A stretch of DNA of 64,000 nucleotides from Podarcis cretensis. Lineage: Eukaryota. Below the pieces are notes generated by a model. That model had not been told where the DNA came from, searched no databases, and saw nothing but the letters and a program-made list of their open reading frames with translations. The position numbers were made by a program, and so were the translations under genes. The stretch covers positions 4,092,001 to 4,156,000 of the forward strand of contig OX638163.1 in NCBI GenBank assembly GCA_951804945.1, read 5' to 3'. Numbering within the stretch: position 1 is the first letter of the stretch; every line of letters starts with the position of its first letter. Below are positions 25,728-38,317 of the stretch, piece by piece.

Positions 25728-27050
25728 TACAACTGTCACAGTCAGTGAGGGAGGCTGTAGTTCAGTGATAGAGCATCCACTTCGCAGGCAGACATTCACA
25801 GCTTTGATCCGCAGCATCTCTAGCTAGCACTAGGATTAAATTGTGCTGCCAGTCTGTGTAGAAACTGCTGAGCTGGAAGAACTCAGTATAAGGCAGAGTC
25901 CTATTGGTAGTATGAATATTTCCCATGTCACAGTTCTGGTGGGAGTGGGGCTGTGGGGTAGGAAGAGCCGATGGGATCTTAGCCACCTTTGTGTCCATAG
26001 AATATTTTATGTTACTGGTGCAATGAGGGAGACATTTCCTATGGTAAGTCTCACCCAAAAAATGATACATGGAATGAGGTGCGGCATCTGATCCTATGCA
26101 TATTCATTTTTGTAGTGAGGAACTTGTAGCCTTCTAGATATTACTGAACTCCTGACTCACATCAGCCCTGACCATTGGCTGGGCTCCAGCAGCCCCTGGA
26201 GGGCCTCAGGTTCCCTGCCCTATATTCCTATATTGTAGGGCACTTTGAGTTTTCTTTACATAAAAAGACCGAATAGGTATAAATAATAAATAACAACAAC
26301 AATGTCCATGCTTTAAAGCAAACTCCACTGGGTTCAGTGTGTGCATGGGGTTTGAATTGCACCATTTAATCATCCCTGTTAAAGATGAACTTGGGGCTTC
26401 CAATTGAAGGATATTTATTCATTTCATATATTTATATATTGCTTACTACTAAACAGTCCCTAATCAATTTACAAATGAACAAAAGAATAAATCAGGCAAT
26501 GAAACTGAAAAACCACAAGGCAATATGAAACAATAAAATTAAAAAGGCAGAATTGTAGCAACACAGCATTTACACACACAGTGTTTAAAATTCCACCATT
26601 AGCAACACGAAGCAATTGATTTCTAATTCTGCAGTTGGGATAGACAGGGCATGCTAGGTATGGGGAATCTGTGGCTCCCCAGATGTTTCTGGACTACAGC
26701 TCACATCCTCCATGACCACTAGACTTGCTGGCTGAGGCTGCTGGGAATTGGAGTCCAACGACATCTGGCAGGCCAAAGGTTGATGAGCAATAGGTTCAGG
26801 AAGGACAAAAGGAAGTACATTTTCATGCAGGCTTGTATTAATGTACTGAATTCATTACCATGAGTCAGCACCAGCTCCAGGTTTTGCAGGGCCCCAGACA
26901 AGATGCCCTCAGAGGGATGCCTTCACTGAGTGGGTCTCCTCTTCCTCCTCACCAAGGTCACTGCTACTCATTCAATTGCCAGTTCCCTGTGAGCCCAAGC
27001 CATATCATTGCCCATAACAGGAGTGAGGATCCTGTGGCCCCCTAGATGTT

Positions 27051-27168
27051 CATAGAATTGTAAAGTTGGGACCATGAGGGTCATCTACTCTGGCTTCCTG
27101 CCAAACTGGGATTTGAACCCATGACCTTGAGATTAAGAGTCTCATGTTCTACCAACTGAGCTATCCTG
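27051..27168 (-). mobile_element. tRNA-Lys-derived SINE nested in a palindromic hAT MITE
   Basis: Reverse head caggatagctcagttggtagaacatgagactcttaatctcaagg; apparent TSD GATGTT at 27045-27050 and 27169-27174. Confidence 0.75.
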
Positions 27169-28213
27169 GATGTTGTTGGACTCCAACTCCCATCGGCCCC
27201 AGGCAGCATGAACATTGGTCAGGGATGATGGGAGTTGTAGTCTGACAACATTTGGAAGGCCAGAGGTTCTCCATCCCTGACAAATAAGGAGTAGACTTGC
27301 TGTTGTCACTCTGCATATGCTTTCAGAGGACAAGTCAACAGGCAGCGATACCAAGCAGAAACAGTGCCAGAGGGCTGGACTGATGCCAGCCCCAGCACAA
27401 GATGTGGTGATGGCCACTGGCTTAGATTGAGGTTCAGGGCTATCAATGGCTTGTAGCCATGATGGCTGTGCTCTCTGTCCACTGTTGGAGGCAGTATGCC
27501 TCTTAGTGGAGGTTAGTTCATAAGGCCAAATGGGGCAGTGCCCCCAGCCAAGGGGTGGCCAAGGCTGCCAGCCTCCTCCTCCTCCTCCACCTTAGTCTCA
27601 ATGTTCCCTTTATAGGACTCAACAGGGAGGAGGATGGGGACAAAACCTGAATCAGTAGGCTTGTCTATCATTGGCTCTGGCTGCACCTGATGTTGGTGCC
27701 CCTGCCTTCTAGCCCACCAGTCCCAATGGATACCAACTACCACTGATGCCTTTGAATACCAATTGCTGGGTATCACAGGTGTGGGGAATACTTCTGCATT
27801 GCTTGCGAGCTTGCCATGAGCATCTGGTTAGCTACTGCGAGAAAAGGATGCTGAACTAGATGGGCCCTTGGCATGATCCAGAAGAGCACTTCTGATGGCT
27901 TTGTGGCATTGTAATTAATGGAGGACTGAGCTGTCATTAGCCTGGACCAGTTTGTAATTGATGGAGTGCAGATCTGTTAACAGTTATGAGTCTTCCACAT
28001 TCAGAGAAGGCAGAATGGCACTGGGTTGCCAGTGGGCTGGGAGGGCACACACTGGCTGTGTGTGTGAGAGAGAGACAAAGAAAGTTGGACACTGCTTGTT
28101 GCCTTTCTGGAAGCATGTTTAAGGCCACTGTGGGAAGCAGGATGTTGAACTACATGGACCTCTGCTCTGATTCTGGCTGAGTTCTTGGTACATCATCATC
28201 ATCATCATCATCA

Positions 28214-28550
28214 TTTTTTTATTTATGCCCTGCCCATCTGGCTGGGTTGCCCCAGCCACTCTGGGTGGCTTCCAACACACATAAAAACATAATAAAACAT
28301 CAATACTTAAAAATTTCCCTATACAGGGCTGCCTTCAGATGCCTTCTAAAAATTGTGTAATTCTTTATCTCCTTGATATCTGATGGGAGGGTGTTCCAGG
28401 GAGGGCACCACTACCAAGATGGCCCTCTGCCTGGTTCCCTGTAACATCAGTGCTGGATCTCAGTGTCCAAGCTGAACAATGGGGGTGGAGACGCTCCTTC
28501 AGGTATACAGGGCCAAAGCCATTTAGGGCTTTAAAGGTCAGCACCAGCTC
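28214..28550 (-). mobile_element. L2-type LINE 3' fragment
   Basis: Minus-strand remnant LVLTFKALNGFGPVYLKERL; adjacent (CAT)n tract at 28191-28213. Confidence 0.7.
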
Positions 28551-29069
28551 TTTTAAAAAGACATGTGCATCATTGGAGAATGGTTTAAAATATTGGCTCA
28601 CACCACCAGCTCCCCCACCCCCCAGTCAACGTTCTGGTATTTTGCTGGGTCTGGAACAGCTCTCCATTGAGTGGTATCACTTGATAATCTTTCTCTTTGT
28701 TAATATTGGCTTGGACTGTGGCTTTCTTTGTTTCCTTAGTTGAATGGATTGTGGGCGAAAAATGGGGTTGGTGTTAAACGTCAAGTGCTCCAGCTAATGA
28801 GCATGTCGTCACCTCTCCATTTGCAATGCCAAGTCTGCTCTCCCCCCCCCCCACTCTTCTTGGTCAAGCTTGCAATGCTTTGATTTATTTGTTCAAGAAA
28901 ACATGACTAGCTGCTGACTCTAAATGCGGAAAGAATTGAATGGGGACTGCCTTTGCTGTGTCGTGCCAAGGAAACATTTGCTGACATAAGCACATCTTTA
29001 GCTGAGAGAAAGGGGAAAGTTTTCATGACAAAGAAGGATTGATTTATGCTAAGGAACAAACAACACATT

Positions 29070-29429
29070 CATAGAATTATCGGGCTGGAAGGGACCCCAA
29101 GGGTCATCTAGTTCAACCCCCTGCAATGCAGGAATATCAACCAAAGCATCCCTGACAGGCGGCCATCCAACCTCTGCTTAAAAACTTCCAAGGAAGGAGA
29201 GTCTACAGCCTTCCAAAGGAGACCGTTCCACTGTGGAACAGCTCTTACTGTCAGAAAGTTATTTCTTAATGTTTAGTCGGAATCTCCGTTCTTGTAACTT
29301 GAATCCATTGGTTCAGGCCCTACCCTCCAGAGCAGGGGAGAACAAGCTTGCTCCATCTTCTATGAGACAGCGCTTGAGATATTTGAAGATGGCTATCCTA
29401 TCACTTCTCAGTCTTCTCTTCTCCAGGCT
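29070..29429 (-). mobile_element. CR1 LINE 3' fragment
   Basis: Homologous to 51765-52283; ATTCTATG-type tail. Confidence 0.85.
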
Positions 29430-30745
29430 CTTATATTCTCTGGGATAAGATACTGTTCATGCAATTAGCAGATTTCTGAAGTAGATTGCAAGTGGGGGTA
29501 GGGCGCATGGTCTGGATGAGGTCTGTGGTGTGTGTTGCTAGTAGGCTTGGGTTTTTAAACCATTTGGATTGGGGCTCCACACTCGCTGTTTGATCCAATG
29601 GAATGTTCTTCCCATCGCACGCAAATGGGAAGATTAACAGTTCCCTTATACTGAGTCAGATCCTTGGTCCATCAAGTTCAGCATTGTCCACACTGACTGG
29701 TTCTACCTGGAGATGCTGGGATGGAACCTGGACCTTCTCCATGCAGAGAAGGTGCTCTACCACTGAGCCGCAGTTCTTCCCCAATTAGCAGGCATGTCCC
29801 TCCCCTGACCAAATTGAGACCACGGTTGGGAGCAACTCCCCACAATCCCCAAGTCCCAATCCGAATCAGCCTGCTCTCCAGTACCCGCAAGTTATTATTT
29901 ATACAGTGCCTCAGATTTTAGGCATGATATGATAGGCAAAAGAACCAAAAGAACAGACATTATTTTGATTAGTTACTGGGTTCAGACCTACTGTAAGCAG
30001 GAAAACCTGCTCCCTGCCTTGCTGGCCTTTTCCCACCTAGCCTGGGAGGACAGGGTCCCAACTGACTCCAGCTGCAAGAGCTGAGGCTGATGAACAGACT
30101 CTTAGAGTGGGGTATTGTTTTCTGGTTTTTGTGGCTACTGATATTATTATTTTTTGTATCTCTGTTTTAAGATCTAATGATTTATGTCGGAATAGATCAG
30201 CCTGGTTGTGTATTTTTGATGTGTTTTATTTATTATTTATGTCTACTTTGTTATGTTGCAGTTATGTGTTTTTCCATGCTGTAAGCAGACTTGAGCATGG
30301 TTTGAAAGGTGGTATACAAATAAAATGATGTTTGTACGTATGTACTGTATAGTAACTTCATGCAGCCACTTAAGGCCCTATGGTTTGAGAGAGAGTGTTT
30401 GGTCACTCCACTGAATAAGCCTTTATATCTAGCTGTAATACTGGACCTAGCTTCAGTGTTCCCTCAACCTATAGAAGAAGCAAAAAATCAACAATTTGGC
30501 AACCACAGAATAAAATCAACATTACACACACAACCCCCCTCCAGTCTAGGCTTAAGTGTATAGATACAAGGCAAAACAAGAGTTGACCAACAAAAATGTT
30601 TTTGGTGCTGGTCTTGCTACACTACAATGACCCTGGCTTATTTCAGCAGGCAACAGGCTAGCTCTCTTCTCCCAAAGCCTGGTGTGTGAAGCTTTAGCTT
30701 GGGGACCTTGTTGTTTTAACACCATTTCTGTCTGATGCTCTCTAG

Positions 30746-30799
30746 GGCTTTCCAGGTGACATTGGCCCACCAGGACAAAATGGCCCCGAAGGCATTAAG
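30746..30799 (+). CDS. COL27A1: Collagen exon H, 54 bp: GFPGDIGPPGQNGPEGIK
   Basis: ctctag|GGC...AAG|gtgagt. Confidence 0.96.
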
Positions 30800-31169
30800 G
30801 TGAGTGGTGCTGAAATAAACAGGCTTTGCATTTTTCTTGGCAAGTGCCAGTGCATATGAAAGAACCAAAGAAAGAATGGCTGGGTAAGGAGAGGAAGAGG
30901 AAAAATCCTGGAGATCCCTGCAGATAGTCATGGCCAAAGCTCTGGTTTTTAGGGCTTGTTTGTGTTGAGATGGCTCCAAGAGAGCTGGAACAGATTTCTT
31001 TTTTCTCTCTTGGTCTCTCTCCCCTCTCAATCTGCAACAGAATTGATGTTGGATGCCGTCCTGTGGCAACACACACTGGAAGGCAGCTTTCACTCTGTGT
31101 TTCGATGAGCCCTTGGAAGCTTGTGTGTTTTTTCTCAGCCTTCCCCACTCTCCCCCTTGTCTGTTGCAG

Positions 31170-31223
31170 GGAAAACCAGGAGCACGTGGGTTACCTGGCC
31201 CCAGGGGACTACCTGGCCAAGAG
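31170..31223 (+). CDS. COL27A1: Collagen exon I, 54 bp: GKPGARGLPGPRGLPGQE
   Basis: ttgcag|GGA...GAG|gtaaga. Confidence 0.96.
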
Positions 31224-32009
31224 GTAAGAGAGGAGGCAGGAGATGCTGACATGTCTTTGGCCATGCTGTGCAGTCCAAATCTACTGGAAGGCACTGGCTT
31301 GGCCATGGCTTCAGACGCCTTTCCTGCTTTAAGCAAACTTCCTTTCTTTCATAGAGTTATACAGTCTTGTAGATCATCTAGTCCAGCCGCCTTCCAATTC
31401 TGCTTGATGCAAGAAATCTGACAGGTGGCTCTCCCTAGCCAGCTTCTGCTTGAAGAGAGGTAGAGAGAGACCTTCACCACTCTGGCAACTGGGTCCATTG
31501 CCAAACTGCCCTCGTGAACAATAAGTGTCTCCTTATGTTCAGTCCAACCCATCCTGTAACCCATTAGGATCAAGTTCTGCTCTCTGAGGCTGTAGAGAAC
31601 AAGCCATGGACCTCCTATAAGTAGCAGCCCTACATATTTTGCAAGAGAGCTCCCCCTCAGGGTCCCTCCAGACCACTAATCTGGGGCCGGTGGTAGTATA
31701 GAGGTTAGAGGGCCAGACTAGGACATTGGGAGTCAGGGGTTCAGCCAGGAAACTCACTGGGGGACCTTGGGCCAATCAGTGCCTCTCAGCCCAATTGCAG
31801 GGTAATTGTGAAGTCAAAACTGGAAATGGGAGAACCATGTATGTCACCTTGAGCTCTTTGAATAAAGGTGGGACATAAATGCAATAAATGAAATATTTAT
31901 TGAGCAGTCATCCTGATTCACTTGCACAAAGCTGACTTGGAGGTTAAATTATATTTAGTCTTTATAGAGCATTATTTCCTGATTTGTGGGGCAGTTATAC
32001 AACAGTGGT

Positions 32010-32215
32010 GGGACGCAGGTGGCGCTGTGGGTTAAAGCCTCAGCGCCTAGGGCTTGCCGATCGAAAGGTTGGCGGTTCGAATCCCTGCGGCGGGGTGCGC
32101 TCCCGCTGCTCGGTCCCAGCGCCTGCCAACCTAGCAGTTCGAAAGCACCTCCAGGTGCAAGTAGATAAATAGGGACCGCTTACCAGCGGGAAGGTAAACG
32201 GCGTTTCCGTGTGCG

Positions 32216-32252
<37 letters not shown>

Positions 32253-32390
32253 CCAGAGCAGCGATGTCACACTGGCCACGTGACCCGGAAGTGTCTCCGG
32301 ACAGCGCTGGCCCCTGGCCTCTTAAGTGAGATGGGCGCACAACCCCAGAGTCTGTCAAGACTGGCCCGTACGGGCAGGGGTACCTTTACC
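32010..32390 (+). mobile_element. Sauria SINE, full length, CpG-rich variant with internal (GGCTCT)6
   Basis: GGGACGCAGGTGGCGCTGTGG head, GGTTCGAATCC B box, tacctttacc tail; 13-bp TSD TTATACAACAGTG at 31995-32007 and 32391-32403. Confidence 0.92.
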
Positions 32391-32858
32391 TTATACAACA
32401 GTGAGCATTCATCCTGCTTTCACACTGATTTTCTTGTGGGCTGTTTATATGCATTTCCATTAACCATTCATTCATCCTGCACTTTTCAATTAATTTTCCC
32501 ATTGCTTTCCAAACTGCAAAGTCCACTTCGGTTTTTTAAAAGGGAGACAGAGCCCTTTAGTCCACCATAAATGGCAGGTGCGCTATTGGTGGGCTGGAAG
32601 CCTCTTCTGTTCATTCTGCTTTTCCTCACAGGACTTTCTTTCCTGCTGACCATCTTCCTAGCCTTCCTTTGACCTCATTACACTTTGATTAATGCAGCTT
32701 AAATTTGCATTTGTCTTTCTTGTTTAATTTGCAGCCAAACCACCTTGATGACTCATGGCAATCCTGAGATCCTTTTCTGATGTACTGCTTCCCTCTTCCA
32801 GGAAAATACTTTGCAGTAGTTGCACCAGGTGGTGCTTGCATCTTTTAAAAATAATAAA

Positions 32859-32980
32859 GGGTTGTAAGCACACTCAGTTCTACTCAGAGTAGAACCACTG
32901 AAATTAATGGATTTAAGTCCATCATGTTCATTACTTTCAATAGGCCAACTCTTGAGTAGGACTAGCATTGGATACAACCC
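32859..32980. repeat. About 120-bp palindromic interspersed repeat (MITE-like, GGGTTGTATCC...GGATACAACCC ends); representative of about 12 copies
   Basis: Self-complementary arms containing ctactcagagtag; copies near 885, 1180, 9627, 16520, 17209, 17475, 18910, 45337, 48640, 59727, 63422. Confidence 0.8.
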
Positions 32981-33111
32981 AGAGGGAAGATGCCTTTTCC
33001 TTATAGAACAATTACTTGACTTTGCTCTCCTGCAACTTACTAATGAACTAACTGCCTAACTGGGTGACAGCCCTGTTTTGACCTGTCTCCCATTTTCCTT
33101 TTGTGATCCAG

Positions 33112-33156
33112 GGTGATGAAGGACCAGTGGGACCACCTGGCATCCCAGGGGCAGAG
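33112..33156 (+). CDS. COL27A1: Collagen exon J, 45 bp: GDEGPVGPPGIPGAE
   Basis: atccag|GGT...GAG|gtaaga. Confidence 0.95.
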
Positions 33157-33227
33157 GTAAGAGAGATGAAGAGGGTTGTCGTTGTTGTGGGTAGGTGTGG
33201 GGAGTTTTTAAAATTTTTATTTTGCTT

Positions 33228-34591
33228 TGTGAGTGAGAGAGACGGCGCAACGGCACTTTCTCACTTTGGCGCCGTTGGGCCAGCCCTCAATTATATTTAG
33301 TGCGACCACCTAACGGTACACCAGTTATACAAATTTCTATAATTTACCCCAGATTATCTAGTGAGGGACTTGTGTGAGGGAAAACATATTGATTTAGAGT
33401 CTCAGGCAGAATTAATCAAACGAACACAAAAAGTTTTATTAAACAAAGGAAGTTTATGACACAAAGTGGGCCAGGAATCAAGTTCTTTCGGGTAGAATTT
33501 AACTTACTTACTTGTAAGTAAGTTAAGATGTCTCAGGCTTAAACACAATGTCTCAGGCTTAAACACAATATTGTAGGTACAACTCTTCTTAAACTTCAGT
33601 TACTAAACATCAGTTGGTACACTTCAGGTAGATAAATATTCAGGTTTCCCAAAGAAATGGTAAAATGTTCCAATCAGTGTCTGTCACTTAGATAATACAA
33701 TACTTTCAACACTATACCACTTCCCTCACAGCTTAATCCTTCGGTTCATGAGTGAAGGGCATTTTTCCTCAGTTACCCCCTCTCTTATAAATCCCACACC
33801 TGAGATATTATAAATGGTATTACAGACCCAGGGGATCTCCTCTCCCCTTGTCACTGTCTTTGGTACCTAGAAGAATTCTCCCCTCCTGGCTAGACTGACC
33901 CCTCAGGGAGCCTGAAATCCCATAGGATCTGTTTCTCCTGATTCAGACTCAGCCCTTCCAGCATACTCCTGCCTGGACACCTTTCCCAGACCCTCAGCCT
34001 GGTCTCCTTATCCCAGCTGCGAGGCTCTGTCCTCTCCCTATGGATAGTCTCCTCAGAGTGTACAGTGGTGCCCCGCAAGACGAATGCCTCACAAGATGGA
34101 AAACCCGCTAGACGAAAGGGTTTTCCGTTTTGGAGGCGCTTCGCAAAACGAATTTCTCTATGGGGTTGCTTCGCAAGACGAAAAAATCTTGCGAGTTCCC
34201 GCGGGTTTTTTTTGCTTTTCCCCCGCCTTTCCTAAGCCGCTTATCAGCTGTTCGCTATCAGCTGATCGCTAAAAGCCGCTAGACCGCTAATAGCGCTAAT
34301 CCGCTAAGCCGTCAATGGGCTTGCTTCGCAAGACGAAAAAACCGCTAGACGAAGAGAATCGCGGAACGGATTCTTTTCGTCTTGCGAGGCACCACTCTAT
34401 CTCCTTCCCCCCTCAGAACCCCTTCACCCTCTCTCCCAACCTGAAACCTGTCTAACCTCTCCAAACCAATCATATCCCTCCCCCGGAACTCTGGCCAATC
34501 AAACGCTGTTGCCAGTCAACCGTTTGCTGGCAGGAGAAGAAACAAACACTTGGTGACCCAACCTGATCAGCAAACAAACTTTTCTGTCACA
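33228..34591 (-). mobile_element. Probable solo LTR, interrupted by a MITE
   Basis: TGTGA...TCACA termini; flanks GCTT/GCTA (near 4-bp TSD); minus-strand AATAAA at 33435-33440; about 1.03 kb after removing the MITE. Confidence 0.6.
34063..34397. mobile_element. Tc1/mariner MITE, family A, copy 2 (inside the LTR)
   Basis: TA|CAGTGGTGCCCCGCAAGACG ... CTTGCGAGGCACCACTC|TA; terminal G changed to C. Confidence 0.9.
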
Positions 34592-35599
34592 GCTAGTTTC
34601 TAACCAGGGCTTAATTTTAACCATTCCTTCCCCCACCCCCTTATCCCCATGGCTTTGAACCCAGAATATATTTTGAATGGTTCACACTTCAAACATGTTG
34701 AATAATAATAATAAGAGTGCTCTGAGTATGTGCAGAGTGCATTTTGCTCACCACCGCGCTCTGAACAGGTTTGAATCTCTGCTTCCACGCCCACCTTTTT
34801 TTTTTTTTTTAAAGGTAACTGACAGCCCTGTTTTGGTAACCAGAATATGCACTTGGCTTGTCCCCTGCTTGCTTTTAGATACTTGGTCAAGGTCCTGTTA
34901 TTTCAGTGAAACTATTTCAGTTGGTACTCATTTTTTGTTCATTGTTGCTTTGTTTGTAATAAATATATATGTAATGAATACACACACATACACACACACA
35001 CACCATTTTAATGTATTTCATAACTATTTGTTAGATTGGCTTGAGGGTCAGCACATACAGGAAGGAGGGACTGAATTATTTTAATTAATCCATAAACCTT
35101 CATGGGGTGGGGGCTGAATTCCCTTCAGAGTCAGGCCATCTTGTTTTTACAACCTTCTCCCAATTCCTGACTGGTCTGACAGGTTAAAGGCTTCTTTAAG
35201 GGCATGCTGACTAATTTGGTCGAATTTGGTGACCTGGAATTCTCTCCAACTCAGGCTGAGGCAGCTGTGGAGGTTCTAGCCCACATGATGATGGTTATTT
35301 ACATTTATTAGTTGCTCCTCCCTCCCCCCAAAATGTGACCTTGTCATATTCATAAGTCAAATCCATGGGATTCAAAGCACATTTAACGCATATGGTTTTC
35401 CCCAGGGCACTATATTTTACCCCTCAGAAAGCTACAATCCCCATGATTCTTTGGGAGAAGAAGTGTGTGGCATGGATGTTACCTTACATAGTCCAAACCA
35501 ACTTACAGATAAAGCAATCATGTTTGTACTGATTCCTGTGCCTCTTGCTTCTGCTCCTGACAGTGTTTTCTTCACTTGTTTGTGTGTGTCATTTTTCAG

Positions 35600-35653
35600 G
35601 GTCCACTTGGCAGGAAAGGATTTCCAGGCAAACCAGGCCCTGATGGCTTGAAG
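35600..35653 (+). CDS. COL27A1: Collagen exon K, 54 bp: GPLGRKGFPGKPGPDGLK
   Basis: tttcag|GGT...AAG|gtaaag. Confidence 0.95.
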
Positions 35654-36441
35654 GTAAAGATGGCTTTGTTTTAGACACAAGAAGGGAGGCATTTGGGTAA
35701 AACGTGGTGTTAAAATCCAGGGAACCCTACTGCTTAAGTTTCAACATGCTGTGCATTTGAAAGTTGCTTCAAATGGCCTTTTTTTTACTATTCTTTCTTG
35801 CTCTGGAAATTCCTACTCATGGTGGTTTCTGTGGCAGAAAGAATGATGGTGCATATTTTTGGAAGCCACAGAGTTTTATTATTAACCATTTTAAAATGTC
35901 TTCCCTTCCCACCACCATCCTTTTTCTTTCCATCAATCTGTTTTGGATTTTCTCCATCTCTCTCTCCCCCCCCCCCAAATAGTTCTAGGGCATGCTTCTC
36001 TTCCCTTCCGATTCCTTCCAGAGATAAAAAAAATGTAACTCTTGAAACTGAAGAACAACAAGGAATCCCAAGCAGCCTTTCTGTAATCATGGGGCATGGA
36101 ACCTGAGAGAATGCAGCTGCTGTTGCCATAAGACTCCCCCCCCCTCGCCCCCACTGCCACATCCTGTGTAAATGCTGTGCTAATTGGATGCTTTTCTGCC
36201 AGGCAACCATGCCCTTTGCACGATTTTCAGCATGTTTGCAGCTTGGTTAAATCTCTGCTACTCTTTAATATTTTTTTTTTGTTAGCACTAGGTGGTAGGT
36301 GCTGTACTGAATATAGGAGCAATACTGGACCTGCACAGAAGACCTAGGCTCTGCTGAGCCTTATTGCTCCTCTGTGCTTCATGGCTCAGTTCAGAGATCA
36401 CATCAAGCCATGGTTAAGGGAGCTTAACTGTGGTCTTAATA

Positions 36442-36683
36442 CATTGGTACCTCGGGTTAAGTACTTAATTTGTTCCGGAGGTCCGTACTTAACCTGAAAC
36501 TGTTCTTAACCTGAAGCACCATTTTAGCTAATGGGGCCTCCTGCTGCTGCTGCGCCGCTGGAGCCCGATTTCTGTTCCTATCCTGAAGCAAAGTTCTTAA
36601 CCTGAAGCACCATTTCTGGCTTAGTGGAGTGTGTAACCTGAAGCGTATGTAACCTGAAGTGTATGTAACCCGAGGTACCACTG
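36442..36683. mobile_element. Tc1/mariner MITE, family B, copy 3
   Basis: TA|CATTGGTACCTCGGGTTA ... TAACCCGAGGTACCACTG|TA. Confidence 0.9.
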
Positions 36684-37351
36684 TAAGTTGTCTGCGTTGA
36701 CAAATCATGGCCTCCAAACTGAGCAACTGTGGCTTAGAGTGTGTTTATAAACCAGCCTCTGTAGGAAGTCTGAAATGGCAAACCAGAGTTACAATCTTTG
36801 CTTTACTTCCCGAGGCTGTAGCACCCTAATGGGAAACTAGAACAGTAAAGCAGCTTTCTCTGTATGTTTGGAAACTCAAACCATGGTTTGCTGTGGTTTC
36901 TGAATTGAGCCTGTGTCACATTATTATGTTGTGGTGAAAACTGTAGTGTGTGAAGAGAGGAAGGGTGTCCTTTATCCATGTTATACTTACAGTTTGAAGT
37001 GGATCCCTGGCATTTGTCCACCATAGTTTTGCAAAGACAAGAGTAGAGAATCACTTTCAGCCCGAGGGGCCACATTCCCTTCTGGGGAACCTTCCAGGGG
37101 CCACATGAGAGTGCTGGGTGTCACATGAACCAAGGGTGGGCAGAGCACTGGAAGAGATTCTTACCTTTGTATAATAGACTACATTCCAGCCACTCAAGAG
37201 TCCAATATATCTTCAGCCACACCCAACTTCTCAGTCTTCTATCTGGGGAAGCTAGGCATTACCATAGTTCAGTGGCATTCCAGCCAAGCCATATCAATTC
37301 AAGAGGGCATGGGTCAGGGCTAATGAGGGATATTGCTTGGTAAGGGTCCCT

Positions 37352-37714
37352 AAAGGTAAAGGTAAAGGACCCCTGACAGTTAAGTCCAGTCGTGAATGAC
37401 TCTGGGGTTGTGGTGCTCATCTCGCTTTACTGGCTGAGGGAGCTGACCTTTGTCCACAGACAGTTTTTCCGGGTCATGTGGCCAGCATGACTAAGCCACT
37501 TCTGGCGAAACCAGAGCAGCACACAGAAATGCCGTTTACCCTCCTGCCGGAGCGGTACCTATTTATCTACTTGCACTTTGATGTGCTTTTGAACTGCTAG
37601 GTTGACAGGAGCTGGGACCTAGCAATGGGAGCTCACCCCATCATGGGGATTCAAACCGCTGACCTTCTGATCGGCAAGCCCTAGGCTCAGTGGTTTAGAC
37701 CACAGCACCACCCG
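37352..37714 (-). mobile_element. Sauria SINE
   Basis: (AAAGGT)n tail on +; colinear with 20224-20584. Confidence 0.9.
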
Positions 37715-38272
37715 GGTTTTTCACACTGTGTAAAGGCATGCCTTCTCATTTGTTACCCTGTGCGGACTTCCAGTAAACTAGAAGGAACCTATCTGTGCCA
37801 AAAGTAAAATGGCCCTCAGTCAACACAGGCCACATCTGCACTGTATGTTTATTATAGCACTTTACACCAAGATTCTCAGAGTGCTGAGAGTCGTTAGCCC
37901 TGTGAGGCATCTCCTAAGAGCTCTCAGCACCCTTGGCAAACTACAGCTCCCAGGATTTTTTAGGGAAGCCATGACTGTTTTAAAGAGTTGGGATGTTTTA
38001 GAGTACATCACGCTTCAGCCCCAGTCAGCATGGCCAATGATCTGGGGTGGTGGGAGTTATAGCCCAACAAAATTTGGAAGGCACCAGGTTGGGAAAGACT
38101 GCAGTTGGGAAGCGGAGAGTCTAGTGAATAAAGAATTCTTATTTGAACTCTACGTTCATGAGCAAACCTGTCTGTCACAGTAATAAGTTTGAAAACACTT
38201 CACAAAATTTTAAGTGTCACATGAATGGCAAGTAGTAATCCTACTCTGGTCTTCTCTCTTGTCTTGATTCAG

Positions 38273-38317
38273 GGTGAACCAGGGAATCCAGGGCGACCAG
38301 GAAAAGTTGGTGATCAG
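38273..38317 (+). CDS. COL27A1: Collagen exon L, 45 bp: GEPGNPGRPGKVGDQ
   Basis: attcag|GGT...CAG|gtaaat. Confidence 0.95.

Noticed and set aside
29055-29072. Paired SOX-like site AACAAAC-N4-CATTCAT
   Set aside because: The right half is partly formed by the CR1 tail junction, and such short motifs are expected by chance
32211-32358. ARARAR / LWLWLW / EPEPEP peptides
   Set aside because: Translations of the (GGCTCT)6 microsatellite inside a SINE
33267-33285. TGGCGCC as a retroviral primer-binding site
   Set aside because: The following bases match no tRNA 3' end I can recall; it pairs locally with acggcgc as a hairpin inside the LTR
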